From Spirogloea muscicola (taxonomy: Eukaryota), in NCBI GenBank assembly GCA_009602725.1, contig WELB01000001.1, positions 1,196,999 to 1,260,998 on the forward strand: a DNA stretch of 64,000 nt, read 5' to 3'. This document shows, in pieces, positions 25,773 to 37,883 of the stretch. Numbering within the stretch: position 1 is the stretch's first letter; every line of letters starts with the position of its first letter. The notes under the pieces are model-generated. The model saw only the letters and a list, made by a program, of their open reading frames with translations. It was not told where the DNA came from and searched no databases. The position numbers were made by a program, and so were the translations under genes.

Positions 25773-28700
25773 AGTGGCCGCCANGCCGGCCGCCGGCGGC
25801 GGCGGCCCGCGCGAGTGCCCCCAGTACGTCAGGCCCTGAGTGGTCCGCGACGGGAAGGGCGGTGGCCGCCTCCGTGGAGGAGGCGGCCTCTGCCGCCGTC
25901 GGCGGCCGTCGCTACGTCGCCACTTCGGCTAGCGTTGAGGCGCCGGCTCGCGGGCCGAGTCAGCCGCGATCGAGATGTCGTGTGTCAGCCTGTTTGCAGC
26001 GAGCTCACGCTCATGCTGCGCACCAGAAAGCTGGTCGAGCGTTAGCTGGTGCCACAAGAGTTTGTCAATTGCCCTCTGGTACTCGGGCATCAGCTAGCGA
26101 CCTCTATGTGCTAACTCCTTGTTACTGAGCGGGTCAGCTTAATTAGCAGCAAATGATGTACATCTGTCAATGTGCTTACCTCTGTACTTGCCATTCAGGC
26201 CCTCCAGTGCTCATTACACACTCCATCTTCGATATGGCTGATTGGCTCAAGAAAGAACTCACTGAATCTCATGAATCTCTCCTCCTTTCACATTCTTTGG
26301 CCTCCAGATTCACGAGGGGCACGACGCAGTTCCGTTCGCGAATCGAGGCCGGCGGCGAGTTCCCGCCCGAGGCTGGGCGCTACCACCTCGTCGTCGCCCG
26401 CAGCTGCCCCTGGGCCCACCGCGCGCTGCTCCTGCGCAGCCTCAAGGGCTTGCAGGACGTCGTCTCGGTGGGCCTCGTGCACCCGAACCGCGACGACGCC
26501 GTCGGCTGGCACTTCCCTACCAAGCCCGAGGTGGACCCCGCGCTGCTGGACGTCGCTCCAGACGCCGTCCTCGGCGCGCAGCTCTTGAGCGAGTACTACC
26601 TCGCATCCGATGCCCAGTACACCGGCAGCATCACCGTGCCAGTCCTGTGGGTGCGCCCCCCCCTCTTCGCCCCCTCGCTCTCAAGCTCCTGAAATTAGAA
26701 GCCCACTGCTCCAGCGCTCTCTCTCACATCAGACAGATATCACACTGGCAGCAAGTCGACCAGCTCGAAGAGTCGTGCAGATGCAACAGCTATGCAATGA
26801 CGTGATGGCATCTTGCTTTCTGCAGTAGGAGCTCTGCATGTTGTTACATGCCTTTTGCTTGCGTCCGGCAGGACAAAATATCCAAGAGGATTGTCAGTAA
26901 TGAGAGCGCCGAGATCATCGTGCTTTTCAACTCCGCATTTGGGCCCCTCGCCTCAGGCCCGGAGTACTATCCCGCCGAGCTCCGGGCGGAGATTGACGAG
27001 GTCAATGACTTTGTCTACCACGCCGTGAACAACGGCGTCTACAAGTGCGGCTTCGCCAAGTCCCAGGAAGCCTATGACGAGGCCGTCGGGGCACTCTTTG
27101 CGGCACTGGACCAGCTGGAGGAGCGGCTCTGGAGGACCCGCTACCTTGTTGATACCTCGAGATATACTGGAGTATCCCCCATCCCGACTCTCGCAGACTG
27201 GCGCCTCTTTGTGACGCTCATTCGCTTCGACGCCGTGTACTATGAGCACTTCAAGTGCAATGTCCGCCACATCCGCGACTACCCCAAGCTTCACGTGAGC
27301 TGCAAGCAGGCCACACTTGCACTTGGTAGATCGAAGTGTCCTAGTCTTTGACTGGGTTGACTTCCACGGGTTTTCATATGTGCAAAACTAACCGCTTTTC
27401 TGTACTGCTGCAATTGTCGAAGTCCCTGGTGGAATTTGTCATAGCCTGTAAGGATCCTCACTCGGTTGCAACACGAATCTCAGGGGTACATGTTGGACCT
27501 CTACTCGGATCCCAGGGTGGCTGCTACAGTTTCCATACCCCAAATCAAGTCGGGCTACTACCTGTCGCACAACTCCATAAACCCCAAGGGCATTGTGCCA
27601 AAGGGCGGCAATCCCTTGATCCCAGCCGTGCCCTTTGCGCGCCGAGTTCTTGGTGTGTCCAAGGACGGGCAAGGAGGAGGGCAGGAGCTGCAGGGGAAAA
27701 AGGATGTAGGTGCAGGGGTGCCGTCACCGCTGGCTGGTGCGTTCGTGAGGCCAGACAGCAAGCACAGGAACTGGATCACGGCGGACGGTTCGTCCGGCTT
27801 GAAGGCTGAAGCCGGCCGGTACCACTTGTATGTGGCAAATAACTGCCCTTGGTGCCACAGGTACGAACGTTTCTCAGTGAACTCCCTTCTACTGATCCAA
27901 TGTGAAGCCCCAAGCCTCTCCATGGGATGTCTTGGTGACTCTCCTTGCTCCAGATTCCATTATCCTTTTGGCATCCCTACTAAGGCAGGTCGTGGCCTTG
28001 GCCACCGTCTACTCGTCAATCACAGACTGCCTCTGTACTGTTGAGGATCACAGGACCATCTTGACGAGAGCGCTCCTGGGCCTGCAAGATGTGATCAGCA
28101 TGGATGTGTGCTGGTTCAAGAGGGACCCAGAGAGGGGGTGGCAGTTCAACCCCGATGAGCCTGGTTGCACACCAGAGACTGTGAATGGCGGGAAGAAGTT
28201 TGTGAGGGAGATCTATGAGCTGGTTGGATCTACCGAGAAATCGGTAGGCATGTGATGGGAACCTGTGCAAACTCTTACTTCGCTCTTGCCAGTGTCTGCT
28301 ACTCTTGCTCAATTCCACGAGCTGCTCAACATTTGGTAATGTGGTGACTTGACAACACGAGAATAGTGTTATACTACTTATCACATGTCAGCACAAGTGT
28401 CGCACAGGTACTGCATTCTCTCTAATTAAAGCTGTGTTGTTGACTCAGGTCCCTGTCCTGTGGGACAAGAAGACCCAATCCATTGTGTCAAACGAATCGG
28501 CCGACATTATCAGGATGCTGGCTCAGCAGTTCAAAGCCTTCCACGCTGCTGGAAGCCCTGACCTATGTCCAGAGGCCCTTCTGCCCGAGATAGATAATGT
28601 CAACGCCTGGATATATGACTCAATCAGCAATGGAGCCTACAAGGCCGGCTTTGCTTCACAGCAAGCAGCCTATGAGCTCGCTTTTGACCACTTCTATGAG

Positions 28701-29583
28701 GCACTCGACAGGGTGGAGCTCATGCTGAGTCAAAACAAGTGCGCAGCAATCCTCGGCCACCACTTTCCTTGATGAGAACCTTGCTGCACTCTGCTTGCCT
28801 GTGGTCCTCATGTTCAATCTGGGGTTTACCTGTGCTATAAGTTTCACTACTACTGGTGGGTAAAAGAGCATGCAAAGACACTTGCGTCATCCTAGCATAG
28901 CTTCCTCCTCCAGTTGTGTGCACATTTTGTGACCTCTTTTCTCTTCCAACAGGTATCTTCTGGGCGATGCTGTCACTGAGGCAGATGTAAGGCTGTTCCC
29001 AACCATCTTCCGACTCGATCATGTCTACTATATTCGCTTCATGCTGAACAAGGTAAGGGGCCATATCACCAGGCAGGTCCTGACCTGAGCCTCACATTAG
29101 ACGACCTTAGTCGTCCTTGACTGCTTCTATCTGTTTGGAAAAGTCATTCACTGTGCCTGAAGACTTGCGGGTGCTGAAAATATCCTTGTGAGCCTTATGA
29201 TGTCTGCCTTTGTCAGCTGACAGATCATTTACTACTGCTGTGCTCACGACTAAGGGGTGCATTTGTTGAAACTTTGAGTGAGATGGTAACATGAGACAAC
29301 TGCAGACAACTGAAGTTCTGTTGCTAACTTTTGTATCCGCTTCTGAGCACCCCAGGCCACTGGGCTTAGTTGGCTACGCAACTCACTGATGACCAATCTT
29401 TCTTTCCAGGCCATGGTTGTCGAGGAGTACCCAAACCTGCAACGGTGGCTGATGGACTTCTACGACCTGCCGGGTGTCAAGGAAGCTTGCAACATCAGGC
29501 ATTGCAAGGCTGGTTATTTTGGGCGCTCCGGCAACAACATTGTGCCCAAGGGGCCACAACTCAGCTATAGCTTCATGCAGTAG
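25709..29583 (+). CDS. GHR: Tandem two-domain glutathionyl-hydroquinone reductase (Xi-class GST, YqjG/ECM4-like). Exons: first uncertain (25709-~25823, or ATG 26234), 26308-26650, 26872-27294, 27484-27860, 28054-28243, 28449-28738, 28953-29052, 29410-29583
   Basis: Domain 1: RYHLVVARSCPWAHR, TVPVLW/DK..IVSNESAEII, NNGVYKCGFA, ADWRLFVTLIRFDAVY, INPKGIVPKG. Domain 2: RYHLYVANNCPWCHR, SVPVLWDKKTQSIVSNESADII, NGAYKAGFA, ADVRLFPTIFRLDHVY, NNIVPKGP. Confidence 0.9.
25975..26228 (+). mobile_element. 3' end of an REL non-LTR retrotransposon (family B) inside the probable first intron of GHR
   Basis: RVSACLQRAHAHAAHQKAGRALAG...DLYVLTPCY* plus a 3' UTR matching the reverse-strand copies at 30362-30600, 32115-32300 and 37884-38056. 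Confidence 0.65.
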
Positions 29584-30361
29584 ACCGCTGACATGAATTT
29601 TGGGCACATGTGCTTGGGGGGTGCTCCCTGCACACGGGTACGTCAGAGGAGCCTATCCAGCTCAGCAGTGGTCTGCCACGACTTGGGCCGGCTGTAGAGA
29701 AAGTGCAATCCAAGGTTAGCCGGTTGTGTTGTGGCAGTCGTGTAAACTGTAGCCTCTGCCAAGGGGAAACAGAGGTGAGGAGGACCTGCGTAAGTTAAGA
29801 CGTGCAGGTGGCTCTGCATTGCTAGAGTAATTCAAGACGATTTTGTTGGACACATCAATTGGCCTTTGAAGGCCAACTACACAACCTGTCATGTGAGTGA
29901 AGCGAGTAGACGCCAGTCAGATGGGAGCCTCTGTTCACAACTGGTAGCAAGCGCGAGTGGCTTCATCATGGAGATGAGATGGGGGATGAGAGCAGTTTAC
30001 TGGGTTTAGGCAGGTCACTGCAAAAGAAAGGCAGCTCATAATTCTTGTAGTGAAAGCAAATTCAAAAAGCAAAAGCAGCAAACTCTGAGCTCAAGTAGGA
30101 GCAACTGATAGGTCAGCCACGAGCAGAAGTGTCAGAGTCAGTATTGCTTGCACAATCAAGCTCTGAGCTTAAGCTGCTGGTCTTATCAGCGAGCTGCGCC
30201 CTTTGCGTGGGCGCAGCTCATAACTGGGGGCATCAACTGTGTAACCCCAGTGGAGAGGCTGAGCGAGGCCAGACAAGGCAAGATGGGTGGAAGGGTGGGG
30301 AATTTGTGGGTTGGGTGGGCGACAAGGAAATCGTTCGTGTATTTTAACAATCAGAAGCCAA

Positions 30362-30600
30362 AGTGGCCAAGTACAAAAGCAAACACATCTGATGACGTAT
30401 ATTACCACCTGCAAATTGACCCGCTCAGTAAGCGCGGGTCAACACATACAGGTAGCTAATCCTGAATGACAAGTTCCAAGCCCTTCTGCCACCAATAACA
30501 GCTCGCCCAGCTTTCTGGTGCAGAGCATGAGTCTGAGCACGCTGCAAACAGGCCGAGACTCGACGTCGCAAGAACGACAAAAATGCTGGTAGCAAGCCCA
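30362..30600 (-). mobile_element. 3' end of an REL non-LTR retrotransposon (family B)
   Basis: RRRVSACLQRAQTHALHQKAGRAVIGG...YLYVLTRAY* plus the shared 3' UTR. Confidence 0.65.
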
Positions 30601-30727
30601 TCTCGGCCGGAAGCACATCTGCACGTTGTGCGAACCCTAGCTTGGCAATATCCTGAGGGAGAGTGTGTGGAGACGAGGGGAGGCGGGGGAGGTTTGGGGG
30701 TGTGACAGAGCGCGCGCGTGCGAGAGC

Positions 30728-31153
<426 letters not shown>

Positions 31154-31459
31154 GAGAGCGAGAGAGCGAGAGAGCGAGAGAGCGAGAAAACGAGAAAACG
31201 AGAGAGCGAAAGAGCGCGAAGCGAAGGTAAGTGAGAAAGCGGCCTTCCTTCTCACAGTTGTTGTCGTCAAGCAGCAGCTTAAAGAGCAAAGGTACTGCGA
31301 GCTCCTCTACAGAGGGCTATTGCGTGAAAACGCAACTTTCAGTAAGTTGCAGATAACTATGGAGCAGGAAGGCGGAGGAAGGCAAGCAGCAACAAACGCG
31401 ATCATGGCTCCTTAGCCGCGAGGCAGTCAGCTGAGTAAAGATGGCTGACTCCGACTAAT

Positions 31460-32300
31460 TCCGACCTTTTTGGGCTTGCTTTGCACAGCCCTCGCCCCCT
31501 TGGAAAAGAAGAAGTGGCACTTCCAATGAGGGCAAGGGCTGCGAAAAGCCAGCCCAAAAAGAATTGATAAAGGTTCGGAGGGGCCTACAAACGTGTAGCA
31601 GCTACAAAGGGGTCGGAAGATGCTGTGTCAGAACAGGAGGAGGATGGAAAGAGCCACTTTGGTCGGTCACAAAAAGTGAGCTTAGCTCCCCCAAAAGCCA
31701 AAGAAGAAAGACTCTTCCAGAGATCGGTGCAGTTCCTAAACCTGGAGACTAGTTTCTCCAACCTGCGGCTGATCAACAGGTTCTTAGCTACTTGAGTCCC
31801 TGTCTCCTTTAGCGCTTTCCCTGGCCGCCTTCGAACTTAATTCATTCTGTCTTATGGGCTGGTCTCTCACAGCCACCGCCTTCTCCTGGAAGCGTCTTTT
31901 TCCTTTCTTCCAGAGGGGCGGGGGCTGTGAAAGAAATTGCTCGCCCACGGAGGGTAGGAGCTGGGAAAGAGAGAAATTGCTCGCCCATAGAGAAGAGGGG
32001 CTGGGAAAGGCCAGCCCAAAACGAAAGTGGGTCTCCCAAAGGAGGCGAGGGCTGTGAACAGCCAGCCCAGAAGGTAACAATAGCGCTTTTTCTTACTACC
32101 TCTTCACCGGAGATGGAGTGTGTATTAAGTGACGGAGGGACCTGTGTGGCCAACTACAAAGACAAGCACATTTGGACATATGGATATCACCTGCTGCTCA
32201 GCTGACCCGCTCAGTAACCACGAGTCAGCACGTAGAGGTCGCTAAGTGACGCCCGAATACTGGACGGCAATCGACCAGCTCTTGTGCCACCACCAGCTCT
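31460..32300. repeat. Composite repeat block: GGGCTG(T/G)GAA..GCCAGCCCAA units plus a family B 3' UTR (32115-32300)
   Basis: Many degenerate copies of the same short unit in both orientations, also present at 37375-37740, 38540-38830, 49670-49830, 51460-51850 and 58490-59850. Confidence 0.65.
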
Positions 32301-32379
32301 TCAGCGGAGAGAGAAGAAGAAAGACGCTTCCAGGCTCTTTCTTCTCAGGGAGGGGGCGGTGGCTGGGAGAGGCCAGCCA

Positions 32380-33000
32380 AGAAGAAGGAATGACGAGGTC
32401 CGAAGGGGCCAGGGAAAGGGATAAAGCGCACACGGAATCGAGTAGCTATGAAACAATCAGTAACCCTACTAAGCAACCGCGGGTCACTAGTCTTCTGGTA
32501 ACGGGTCCCCTGGCTAGGGCCAGAGGCGGCAGCAAGCGCACGACCAGCGCGGAGATGCGGCGCGCGAGCCATGGACCGCTGCAGCGAGACGGCCAAGCGC
32601 GCATGCGATACACCTGCGCCAGCGAGCCTGCTGCATGGAAGTCCACCGGCTCCCCAATGCTGCGGCGGGCGATAGCGTGTCGTGAGAGTTTGTGGAGCAG
32701 CTCGAGCCACCGAGCGCCCAACGCACCGTGGGTGTCGATGGCGAGCGGGAAGAACTCGCCATCAACTCGTCGTCCCGCGGGTGGCCAGCGTACTTGAGCT
32801 CCTTGCTTGGCCCGGGCGGCGCAGGCCACCGCATCCTCCACCCGAGGTTGCAGATTTCTTGGGGTTTAGTGTTTGTCGAAAGGCGTCGGTAGGCACCCAC
32901 GTCCAGGATGAGACGCGGCCCACCGGCCAGGCCCGGAAAAGAAGACCTCGCCCCCTTCTGATGATCGTACGGCCAAGACGCACGTATCGACCCGAATGGA
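32380..33000 (-). mobile_element. Longest family A remnant: frameshifted REL endonuclease domain of a CRE-like non-LTR retrotransposon
   Basis: Across frameshifts: PRLILDV, AVACAARAK..LKYAGHP, EFFPLAIDTHGALGARWLELL, YRMRLAVSLQRSMARA. This matches the PD-(D/E)xK / KxxKY / FxPxAxExxG / QR pattern of REL domains. Confidence 0.75.
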
Positions 33001-33030
33001 CGGGAATGCATGGGACAAGGTTGCGAGGCG

Positions 33031-33176
33031 TCAGGGCCACTTTACACCTGGTCGGTTTCACTCATTGGCCTCGTTTTGGCCCCGAATTGGCAAGGTCTTG
33101 ACCCCGGGCGTCCATAAAACGCGCGACACGTATCCAACGACCGTGACCAGACCGACCAGGTGTAAATTGGTCCTGA
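33031..33176. mobile_element. MITE of about 140 bp, PIF/Harbinger (Tourist)-like, copy 1
   Basis: Perfect 16-bp inverted repeat TTTACACCTGGTCGGT (33041-33056) / ACCGACCAGGTGTAAA (33151-33166), extending to about 26 bp with 2 mismatches; GGGCC terminus, TCA/TGA flanks; a homologous copy lies at 59885-60027. Confidence 0.7.
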
Positions 33177-33804
33177 GGGCCGATTTACAGTATCAGGGCG
33201 GGCGCCGGCGTCAGCGTCAGCGGCCTTTTTGCCCCGCCCCGCTTCCAGCGGGGCCCACGTCGCGGCACGTGCGCGTCAGATGTACCACCACCCCACCCCG
33301 CCTTTGTCCGAGCCCTGGGCCCCCGGCTGCGGCGGGAAGCGGGGCGCCGGGCAGCTCCGGACAGCGTCGCGACGCGCTGCCCGCCGCGGGCCCGCGACGA
33401 GGGCAAGGAACGGGAAGCGCCGTCGCGCTTGACGGCCGGGAAGCGGGGGGAAGTGGGAGCCGGGGGGGGTTCTCCGGTCTCTATCGGATTGTTTTCCCGG
33501 GCTGCCCGCCGTCCCGCCCCGTTCCCCACTGGCCGGGGGGGGGGGCGGGGGGCGGGGGGGGNNNNNNNNNNNNNNNNNNNNNNNNNNNNNNNNNNNNNNN
33601 NNNNNNNNNNNNNNNNNNNNNNNNNNNNNNNNNNNNNNNNNNNNNNNNNNNNNNNNNNNNNNNNNNNNNNNNNNNNNNNNNNNNNNNNNNNNNNNNNNNN
33701 NNNNNNNNNNNNNNNNNNNNNNNNNNNNNNNNNNNNNNNNNNNNNNNNNNNNNNNNNNNNNNNNNNNNNNNNNNNNNNNNNNNNNNNNNNNNNNNNNNNN
33801 NNNN

Positions 33805-35984
33805 TCCCTCCTCCCGGCGCCCGCCGCCGCCGACGGCGGCGGCGACGCGAGCTCGTTCGGCGGCAGCAGCGAGCCCGCCTCGCCGGGCTCCGCCGCCAAT
33901 GCCGCCGCCAATGCCGCCGCCAACGGCGGCATGTGGCTGGACGACGACGACCTCGACGTGGGCTACACGAACCTGCTCAAGATCATGCAGGCCCGCTTCC
34001 AGCCGCGCGCTGTGGCGGCGGCGGCGGCGGCGGAGACCGCCGCCGGCGGCTGCCGGCACCACCACAGGCCCACGTCCTCCTCGTTGTCGCTGTCGTCGTC
34101 CACCACGGCGGGAGCCGACGACGCCCACGACCTGGAGACGTACAGCCGGACGGACTCCATGAGCAGCACGGACTCGGCCCGCTCCTCCGAGGACTGCAGG
34201 AGCAGCAGCAGCGCCGGCAGCAGTGGCGCGCCGAGCCGCCAGACGTCGCTGCAGGGCGGCGCCGAGGACGCGGGCAGCCTGCCGCTCGGCAGCCTGATGC
34301 GCTACCCCTCCGACGACGCGACGGACGACGGCGGCGGCGGCTGGAAGGTCCTGGAGGTCGGGGCGCGCGGCAGCGCCCAGTACCGTGCCATCGTCGTGAA
34401 TCAGGTCCGCAGCCAAGCAGCACCGGCGTCCGCAGCATGCGGAGCAGCTTGAGGAGCCGCAACAATGGAGCTGAGCTCCGGCGGCCTGTGCCGGCGACAT
34501 TCGCCAGTGGCTATCACTCCGACATGGACGGCGCTGACTCCACATTCCCCTTACCATGTTGCTTTCCCTGCCTGCAGATGCGGCGCCAGGTCTCGCCCTG
34601 GCACTCGGTCCCGCTGTGCACCAGCGGCGGCTTCCTGCATTTCGTTTGCGAGACCCCGCGGGGCGAGGAGGTCGTGTGCGAGCTCGCCATGGACGAGGTC
34701 AACAACCCCCTGCGCGTCAGCCGTGACGGCAGCGGCGTCTGCCGCTACCGAGACGGCGCTCCGTGGAACGTCGGCTTCCTGCCTCAGACGTACGGCGATC
34801 CACGGGAACCCAACAAGAGCTTTGGCGGGTTCCAGGTAAAGCCAGCCCTGGGTGGCGCCGATGCTGCCGGAAGCTTGCTTGGTGTGACGCAGAGCCGCCA
34901 CTCACAATGAGCGCTGACAGCCTGCTGGTACTGGTTGGCAGTACACGGGGAGGGCAGTGGAGGTCCTCGAGTTTGGCAGTAGGATGAGGCGCACTGGGGA
35001 GGTATACAAGGTCAAGCCCATTGCAGCATTCGCGGTCATTGAGCGGGAGCAGCTGGTCTGGAAGGTTGTCGCCATTGCTTGCGACGATCCCCTTGAGTCC
35101 CTCCTTCATGGTGCCCAGGATTTGGACAGGTGAGCACCCTGTTGCCCCTACGCACTTAGTCGATATCTCGTCGATGTCACATTTGTGAATATTGATTCCT
35201 CACTTTGGCAATGTTGTACTATGTGTGACTTGTTATGCGACGGGTAGCCTGCGACTTGCTCACTCTCAGACTCCAATCGGTGGGGCAGTGTCAGGCCCGG
35301 CCTGGTGGGCGAGATGAGGGAGTGGCTGCGAACGTCCACCCGGGCTGGTGACCGCTTAGAGCGGCCCAACTACTTCGGCCTCAACGAGCGCGTGGGTGGC
35401 CGGAGCTTTGCCGTGTCCATAGTCAAGCAGGTGAACTTACAACAGGAATTTGTGTCCTTATAATCCACGCAGTAGGTGCTGCACTGCGAACCGTTTGTGA
35501 CCGTCTGCTGTGGAGCATTGAGCTCTTGCTTTGTGGAAAAATTTGTGAACAATTGTCCGTGGACGGCCTTCTCAGGACCTCTGGTGCAATTTGGGTGCTT
35601 GGCAGGCACATGTCATGTGGCAGAACCTCAAGCTGCATGGTGCACCACTAGTTCGCGCCTCTAGCTATGCAGATTTTCAGCAGAGGATCGCGGCTGTGAA
35701 GCCGGGGCAGCTGCTGCGCTGCAGCCACTCTCTGCCGGCCCCCAAGCCCAGTCGTGGTCGATGCCAACTGATTACACAAGGTGATTGCGTCCACTCTGCC
35801 GTCAACTTTCCTGTATGTGGCAGTATCCAATGCAGCCCTCCTCCTACTTTGGCATTCTTAAGGTGGTGTATGCAGAGTCCATGCGGTGACATACAGAGAG
35901 TAGGCTCTCAGGCTTCCCTGTTGTTTCATGTGCTTTGCAGCCGCCACTGACAAGGACGCCTCACTACTACTATACCCCTCGTGA
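33805..35984 (+). CDS. Family I soluble inorganic pyrophosphatase homologue (PPa6/Ipp1 type), predicted catalytically inactive, with a long Ser/Ala-rich N-terminal extension. Exons (gap)-34404, 34578-34835, 34942-35129, 35289-35430, 35606-35780, 35941-35984 (last uncertain)
   Basis: G...YR...VSPWHSVPL, FVCETPRG, NPLR, PWNVGFLPQTYGDP, GEVYKVKPIAAFAVI, WKVVAIACDDP, PGLVGEMREWLR and PNYFGLNE. Phase-compatible GT-AG introns and no stops; the frame is open back to the N gap. Confidence 0.85.
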
Positions 35985-36703
35985 CACTTCCGCCTCAACG
36001 TCTGAGCTCACTATTCTTTCGGCCAGCTCCTCAAGCCTGCCGGAGGTGCAATAAGTGGAGGCACAAGACATCAAGGCTGTCGAATTCGTACAGGCCCTGA
36101 CGGTCTCGCCAATAAGCCTCTCGTTGAAACACGGGGATGAGCCTATCATAAGCTGGTATTGAAGCTGCAATTGTAGCTCCAGCCGCAGGACTTGAATCTA
36201 TTCAATCTGCTTAAGCCCATCATCCCTTCCCTTGTACATTTGGCTCTTTCATCATCGACAAGGCAGTGTGCCTAACAATGACGGACTGGCTCTTGACCAA
36301 GCGGCTCACCCATGATAGGCACAGGTGTGCTTACCTGGCTCCTCCAAGTCTCCCCAGAAGCATGTCAATTAGTTAAACACGACTGGCTGCTTGAGGAACT
36401 TATCCATCTAGCAACGTGTGAATCAAGATGCCATTGGCGGCATGCAGTACCTACTTCACAGAATGGCATAAGCCTGGCTGAGCGGTAAGGCATTATCCTA
36501 TCTAGAGCTCGCAGTCGGATGTAAGCATGGTAGATAACAATGTCAAATGGTTGTCGTAGTAGCGTGAACCAGCGACTGGGCTGGGTCGCCACCTTACTCA
36601 GCCTTGTGCGCCATAGGAGCGCTCCCTGTGAAAAGGGTTGCCGCGGCACATAGGGCTTACTATCCGAATCTGAGGCAACCACGTTGCTGCTCCAGTGCGC
36701 GTA

Positions 36704-36935
36704 GCTGTGGCTGCTCATCGCTGAGTGAGGGCGGAGCCTGTGCTGTTTGTGTGACTGCGTGGCTGATCACTGAGAGAGGGCGAAGCCTGTGCTCTGTGTG
36801 ACGGTGTGGCTGAGTAAGGGCGGAGCCAGTACTGCCTGTGCGACTGTGTGGCTGATCGCTGAGTGAGGGCGTAGCCTCAGCTGTGTGTGTGACTGCGCGG
36901 CTGTTGTCTGGGTGAGGGCGGAATCTGTGTGCTGC
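36704..36935. repeat. Minisatellite of about 5 degenerate 42-52 bp units
   Basis: Recurring unit GTGGCTGATCGCTGAGTGAGGGCGGAGCCTGTGCTGTGTGTGACT. Confidence 0.75.
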
Positions 36936-37883
36936 CGTGAGCGGATCTGCGTCTGAACCACCGAGACGAGGGTGGTCTGCTGGTCCTACGGAAAAGGGCA
37001 AACGTCCATTTGAGGAGTCTGAGTGGAGGAGACGAGAGAAGAAGCGGAGGACGCGATTGACAGTAACAGCCAGAGCAGGAAGACTTTCATATCATTGGTC
37101 GGGATGGCCCTCACTAGCCTAGATACATGGTGCATAGAGAAGACACCCGATGCGCATGAATTGAAAGGGAGGCCAAGCCGAGCCAATACATCATCCAGAA
37201 GGAACGGCACGAGTAGTGCAAAGAACAGGGCCGCACTAAGCGAAGCCCTCGGCTAGGAAGGGATTATGAATGGGCGAAGCGCATCTGAGGGGGACTTCAG
37301 TACCCTCGAGTGAGCTCAAGCAATTCTGTCAGGCTGAATACAGGAATCTGGCCCTATATACCTTGTCCTCTGTTTCTGGGCTGGCTTTTCACAGCCCCCG
37401 CTCCCTTTAGATATTCCTCTGGGCTGGCCTCTCACAGCCATTGCCTTACTGTAAGAGAGCTTTTCCTATAGAAGAGCTCACTTTCGATGGCTGTGACACG
37501 GCCAGCCCAAGAGATACGAACAAATGAAATAGAAGAAAGTGGCTCTCCCAAAGAATGCGAGGGCTGTGAACAGCCAGCCCGCCAAGACTTGACAAGTTCC
37601 GAAGGGCCGAAAGTCGCTTTTCCAATAAGCTTTCCCTGTAGGATAATCACGTAGTAACATTTTCTTAGGAGCCGCAAGTCAGAAAGACTACGATAGCTCT
37701 TCCAAGGTAAGGTAGTGGCTGTGAGATGCCAGCCCCGAATCGTGGACAAGGACCGAAGTGGCCGGAAAACCGCACGGAGGCCCGTGGATAGTGCAAGGGC
37801 GGGCCTGCCTGACTGGCGGTAGATCGATAGATGATGGCCCGTGACGGGCCGGCCATGGCCCTTGACGGGTGGCCGGAGAATGC

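Noticed and set aside
36704..36935. Regularly spaced repeats as a possible CRISPR array
   Set aside because: Eukaryotic context, degenerate units, non-unique spacers and no cas genes.
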